From: an uncultured Dehalococcoidia bacterium
GTDB lineage: Bacteria; Chloroflexota; Dehalococcoidia; Lucifugimonadales; UBA826
Length of the DNA: 51,376 bases
Direction: 5' to 3'
Assembly: GCA_964343265.1 (NCBI GenBank)
Contig: CAYFIW010000006.1
Span: 1 to 51,376, forward strand
A program made the translations under genes and the position numbers. The notes beneath the pieces are model-generated. The model was not told the origin of the DNA and ran no database searches. It worked only from the letters and a program-made list of their open reading frames with translations. Below are positions 47,824-51,376 of this stretch, in pieces (the first letter of the stretch is position 1; every line of letters starts with the position of its first letter).

Positions 47824-48756
47824 ATGTTAGTGATAGTTGGCCCTACAGGGGTAGGAAAAACTGAATTAGCTGTCAAGTGTGCGAGTATGCTTGGCGGAGA
47901 GATTATAAACGCTGATAGTAGGCAGATATATCAGGCCATGGATATCGGCACAGCAAAGCCTGAACGAGGCATGCTTGATGTAGTTCCGCATCATCTCTTC
48001 AATTTGATTTCTCCAGATGAAAGATACAACGTACAATCGTTTGTCAGGGATACAAACAAACTTGTCACCGAAATTAGAAATAGAAATTCCATTCCCATCA
48101 TAGTCGGGGGAACTGGCCAATACATATGGGCTTATGCCGAACAGTGGGAATTCAAAGATGAATTTAAAAATGCAACTTCGGATTACAGAAAAACTTTAGA
48201 GGAAAGACTTTCGTCAGAGGGCCTCGATAGTTTGGTTGAAGAATTGATTCGTAAGGCCCCTGAGGATGCTCAAAATATTGACATAAAGAATCATGTGAGA
48301 GTGATTAGGGCCATTGAGAGGCTTGATAGTGGATTGTCGGCCAATGTTCCTAGGAAATATAGGCCGGAATTAGTTAAAGGTTTGAAAATTTTTGGATTGA
48401 CAATGCCACGATCCTCTTTATACAGGAAATTGGATACTCGCATACACAAAATGGTGAAGTCAGGTTGGATCAATGAAGTATCCAGATTAAAATATCAGGG
48501 ATACACCTTGGATCATGCATCCATGAGTAGTATTGGATACCAGGAAATATATTATTTTTTGGAAGGTCAACTTACTTGGTCTGAATGCCTTGCAACTATA
48601 AAATCTAGGACACACAGACTAGTAAGGACTCAGGCTAATTGGTTTAAAATGGATGATGAACGAATCAGATGGATAGAAGTGAAGGACAATGGAATTGAAG
48701 ATTCTGCACATATTATTGTGGAAGAATACAATGAATTCCTAAGTGAACCTTCCTAG
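47824..48756 (+). CDS. miaA: tRNA dimethylallyltransferase
   Basis: GPTGVGKT, DSRQIY..MDIGTAKP, GGTGQY, IGYQE, Q.NWF. Confidence 0.96.
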   Translation: MLVIVGPTGVGKTELAVKCASMLGGEIINADSRQIYQAMDIGTAKPERGMLDVVPHHLFNLISPDERYNVQSFVRDTNKLVTEIRNRNSIPIIVGGTGQYIWAYAEQWEFKDEFKNATSDYRKTLEERLSSEGLDSLVEELIRKAPEDAQNIDIKNHVRVIRAIERLDSGLSANVPRKYRPELVKGLKIFGLTMPRSSLYRKLDTRIHKMVKSGWINEVSRLKYQGYTLDHASMSSIGYQEIYYFLEGQLTWSECLATIKSRTHRLVRTQANWFKMDDERIRWIEVKDNGIEDSAHIIVEEYNEFLSEPS

Positions 48757-48825
48757 TAAATCATCTGGTAGTTATTCTCCGAGTGATACTGGTATTATCC
48801 TAGGACTTTTATTAGGGGTTGATAA

Positions 48826-49674
48826 ATGAAATTCACGAAGATGCATGGTGCGGGAAACGACTATGTGTATGTAAATGGATTCGACTATAAGTCAGATTGG
48901 TCCAAGCTTTCAGAATTTGTTAGTGATAGGCATACGGGTATTGGTTCTGATGGCCTAATTGTTGCTTTGCCTTCCATTACGGCCGATGTACGTATGAGAA
49001 TGTTCAATGCTGATGGGTCTGAAGGGGATATGTGTGGCAATGGTATAAGGTGTTTGGTGGCTTTTGGTATAGAACAGAATATTTTGAGCAGCAACACCGA
49101 TGTTAAAAAGATTGAAACCAAGTCAGGTATATTGGGAGTAACTCCAGAGTTTTCAGCAGGCCAAATGGTAGGTGCAAGAGTTAGTATGGGAATTCCTGAT
49201 TTTGTGCCTTCTAACATCCCTGTTAGTCTTGATGACAATCCCAACCCTGTTCTAGGCCATGAATTAGTTGTGGACTCACAGAGGATTCAGCTTGGATTTG
49301 TATCAATGGGTAATCCGCATGCGGTTGCATTTATTGAGGAAGATGTGGATGATTTCCCGTTGGATTCATTAGGTCCGTTGGTTGAAAATAATCCGATATT
49401 TCCCAATAGAATTAATTTTGAAATAAACAATGTTTTGGGAAGAGATCGTATAAAGACAAGGGTGTGGGAACGTGGATCTGGATTGACTATGGCGTGTGGG
49501 ACAGGTGCTTGTGCTGTGGTAGCCATTGCACACCAAAGAGATATGGTTGACGAGGAAGTATTCGTAGACTTACCTGGTGGTTCATTAAAGATTAATTGGG
49601 ATGGGGTAGGGGACGTCTATATGACAGGTCCGGTTGAAACTGTGTTTCATGGTGAGTTGGACATTCAACTTTAA
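48826..49674 (+). CDS. dapF: Diaminopimelate epimerase
   Basis: FTKMHGAGND, MCGNG, MGNPH, ERGSG.T.ACGTG. Confidence 0.97.
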   Translation: MKFTKMHGAGNDYVYVNGFDYKSDWSKLSEFVSDRHTGIGSDGLIVALPSITADVRMRMFNADGSEGDMCGNGIRCLVAFGIEQNILSSNTDVKKIETKSGILGVTPEFSAGQMVGARVSMGIPDFVPSNIPVSLDDNPNPVLGHELVVDSQRIQLGFVSMGNPHAVAFIEEDVDDFPLDSLGPLVENNPIFPNRINFEINNVLGRDRIKTRVWERGSGLTMACGTGACAVVAIAHQRDMVDEEVFVDLPGGSLKINWDGVGDVYMTGPVETVFHGELDIQL

Positions 49675-49721
49675 ATCAAATATCAATAAACGATTGATTA
49701 GATGCTATTACTGGAGGAAAA

Positions 49722-50894
49722 ATGGAGTTCGCCCAAAGGCTAGATAAAGTACCGCCATATTTATTTGTAGAAATAAGTAGGAAGATAGCTGAAAAAAAAT
49801 CTAAAGGCATAAACGTTATCTCATTTGGTATAGGGGATCCCGATATACCGACACCAGACAATATAATTCAAGAGCTCAGAAATACCGCATTGGATGCCCC
49901 AAACCATAGATACCCAGAAACAGATGGATTACCCGAGTTTAGGAAAGCGATTGCAGACTGGTACAGCAAACGGTTTTCGGTAACTCTTGACTCAGACAAG
50001 GAAATACTTCCACTTATTGGCGCAAAAGAAGGCATAGGACATGCTTCTCTTTGTTTCATTAATCCTGGGGACGTGGCGCTGGTTCCTGATCCGGGATATC
50101 CGGTTTATTCTGTTGGAACGTGGTTTTGTGGTGGAGAATGCCACTGGATGCCCTTAAAGGAAGAGAATGGCTGGCTTCCTGATTTGGATGCTATACCTGA
50201 CAATGTCGCTACTCGAGCTAAGGTGATGTGGCTCAATTACCCAAATAATCCGACTGGAGCTGTTGTTGATGCCGGGTATTTGAAAGATGTTGTGCAATAT
50301 GCCAAGGAGAAACAAATAGCGGTTCTTCATGATGCTGCTTACACTGAAGTTGCTTTTGATGGGTACCGCCCGATTAGTTTTCTTGAAATACCTGGTGCAA
50401 TAGATGTGGGCCTTGAATTTCATTCACTTTCCAAAAGTTACAACATGACAGGATGGAGGGTTGGTTCTGCTGCCGGAAACAGAGAGATGATTGATGCTCT
50501 CATGGTTGTAAAGAGTAATCTGGATTCAGGTATACCTAACGCTGTTCAGTACATGGGAATAGAGGCTTTTAACACGCCAGAAAGTGAGACTGACAAAAGA
50601 AATGATATTTACCAAAGTCGAAGGGACAGAGTTGTAGAGACGCTTGTAGGTATGGGCCTAGAGGTGATACCTCCTAAGGCTAGTCTGTTTGTGTGGGCTA
50701 AAATACCCGACCATTATACTTCGGCGGAGTTTGCAGAGTTATTACTAGAAGAAAAAGATGTCGTGGTTACGGCCGGGAATGGTTACGGACCTAGTGGTGA
50801 AGGTTATATAAGATTGTCTCTCACGATAACGGAGGAAGACCTTGTTGAAGGACTGAGCCGATTATCCGGATGGAAAGTGCCTCAGAAGAGTTAA
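49722..50894 (+). CDS. dapL: LL-diaminopimelate aminotransferase
   Basis: PPYLF, GIGDPD, GAKEG, NYPNNPTG, HSLSKSYNMTGWR, VKSNLDSG; next to dapF. Confidence 0.9.
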   Translation: MEFAQRLDKVPPYLFVEISRKIAEKKSKGINVISFGIGDPDIPTPDNIIQELRNTALDAPNHRYPETDGLPEFRKAIADWYSKRFSVTLDSDKEILPLIGAKEGIGHASLCFINPGDVALVPDPGYPVYSVGTWFCGGECHWMPLKEENGWLPDLDAIPDNVATRAKVMWLNYPNNPTGAVVDAGYLKDVVQYAKEKQIAVLHDAAYTEVAFDGYRPISFLEIPGAIDVGLEFHSLSKSYNMTGWRVGSAAGNREMIDALMVVKSNLDSGIPNAVQYMGIEAFNTPESETDKRNDIYQSRRDRVVETLVGMGLEVIPPKASLFVWAKIPDHYTSAEFAELLLEEKDVVVTAGNGYGPSGEGYIRLSLTITEEDLVEGLSRLSGWKVPQKS

Positions 50895-50934
50895 TTGTGG
50901 GGCCTCGTAGATCACTAAAAGAGGAATAAGTTAA

Positions 50935-51376
50935 ATAGCTAGGAAACTGATTAAAACAAAAGCAGGTCCTGAACGAGTTGTTCTAGTGGGTGTTAAGGAT
51001 CGTTCAAAATTCGACGCCTGGGACATGAAGGATTCGGTCAAAGAACTGGGGGAACTCGCTTCCAGTGCTGGGGCCGAAGTCGTTGGGGAAGTCACGCAAA
51101 ACATTTCCAAATATTCCAATACTTACGTTGGCAGGGGAAAAATTGAAGAAATAAAGACAACTGTGAAGTCGTTAGGCGTAAGTACAGTTATATGTGACGA
51201 TGAGTTAACCCCAAACCAACAGCTAAACCTGGAGATGGCATTAGGTGACGTGAAAGTTATTGACAGAACTATGCTAATTCTTGATATATTCGCAGCTAAT
51301 GCTCTCTCGAGGGAAGGCCGTTTACAAGTAGAACTTGCTCAACATGAATATTTATTACCAAGATTAGCTGGGCAAT
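50935..51376 (+). CDS. hflX: GTPase HflX (3'-truncated by window edge; absent from the ORF track)
   Basis: Manual translation: ERVVLVGV...EL..LA.SAGA.VVG...TYVGRGK...DDELTP.QQ.NLE...KVIDRT.LILDIFA..A.SREG.LQVELAQ..YLLPRL. Confidence 0.93.
   Translation, partial: MARKLIKTKAGPERVVLVGVKDRSKFDAWDMKDSVKELGELASSAGAEVVGEVTQNISKYSNTYVGRGKIEEIKTTVKSLGVSTVICDDELTPNQQLNLEMALGDVKVIDRTMLILDIFAANALSREGRLQVELAQHEYLLPRLAGQ

Noticed and set aside
849-51119. Many antisense or alternate-frame ORFs in the track (e.g. 28967-29563, 39315-39989, 45314-45781, 50931-51119)
   Set aside because: They overlap well-supported genes and show no recognisable motifs; treated as shadow ORFs

Overview
AT-rich, densely coded bacterial chromosome segment with about 46 CDS and 2 tRNAs. 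I saw no prophage, IS element, CRISPR array or rRNA. Gene content suggests Chloroflexota, Dehalococcoidia/SAR202-like (inference, no search run): dapL lysine route, short HisG plus HisZ, archaeal-type ApgM, N-terminally extended GuaA, and DUF1800, NHL, VOC, MBL and class-III aminotransferase genes. Core genes include lutABC, glycerate kinase, uvrC, xerD, lgt, recJ, fabF, mtaB, pepA, purEK, hisZG-(Zn-PLC)-hisDCB, purD-purB-purC-(DUF3105)-purS, guaA, and tsaC-prenyl synthase-pgk-apgM-tpiA-miaA-dapF-dapL-hflX. An accessory stretch lies around tRNA-His and tRNA-Arg(UCG): MBL hydrolase, DehI-like protein, orphan acr3, formaldehyde dehydrogenase and a PAL-like NHL propeller. The most intriguing signal concerns the three tRNA A37-modification genes (mtaB, tsaC, miaA). 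Each is overlapped at its 5' end by a short ATG-initiated uORF, and each enzyme lies in the -1 frame of its uORF. At mtaB the uORF carries the classic Lys-Lys slippery heptamer A AAA AAG, and a -1 shift there runs without a stop into MtaB. tsaC and hflX appear to need non-canonical ATA starts. This could be a translational feedback system sensing tRNA modification, but it is a hypothesis that needs conservation and reporter tests. Other leads: a degenerate PIN/RHH-like pair, a prenyl synthase with broken DDxxD motifs, a DehI-fold protein apparently lacking the catalytic Asp, and a possible structured RNA at about 18160-18293. All family calls are from motif recognition by eye.
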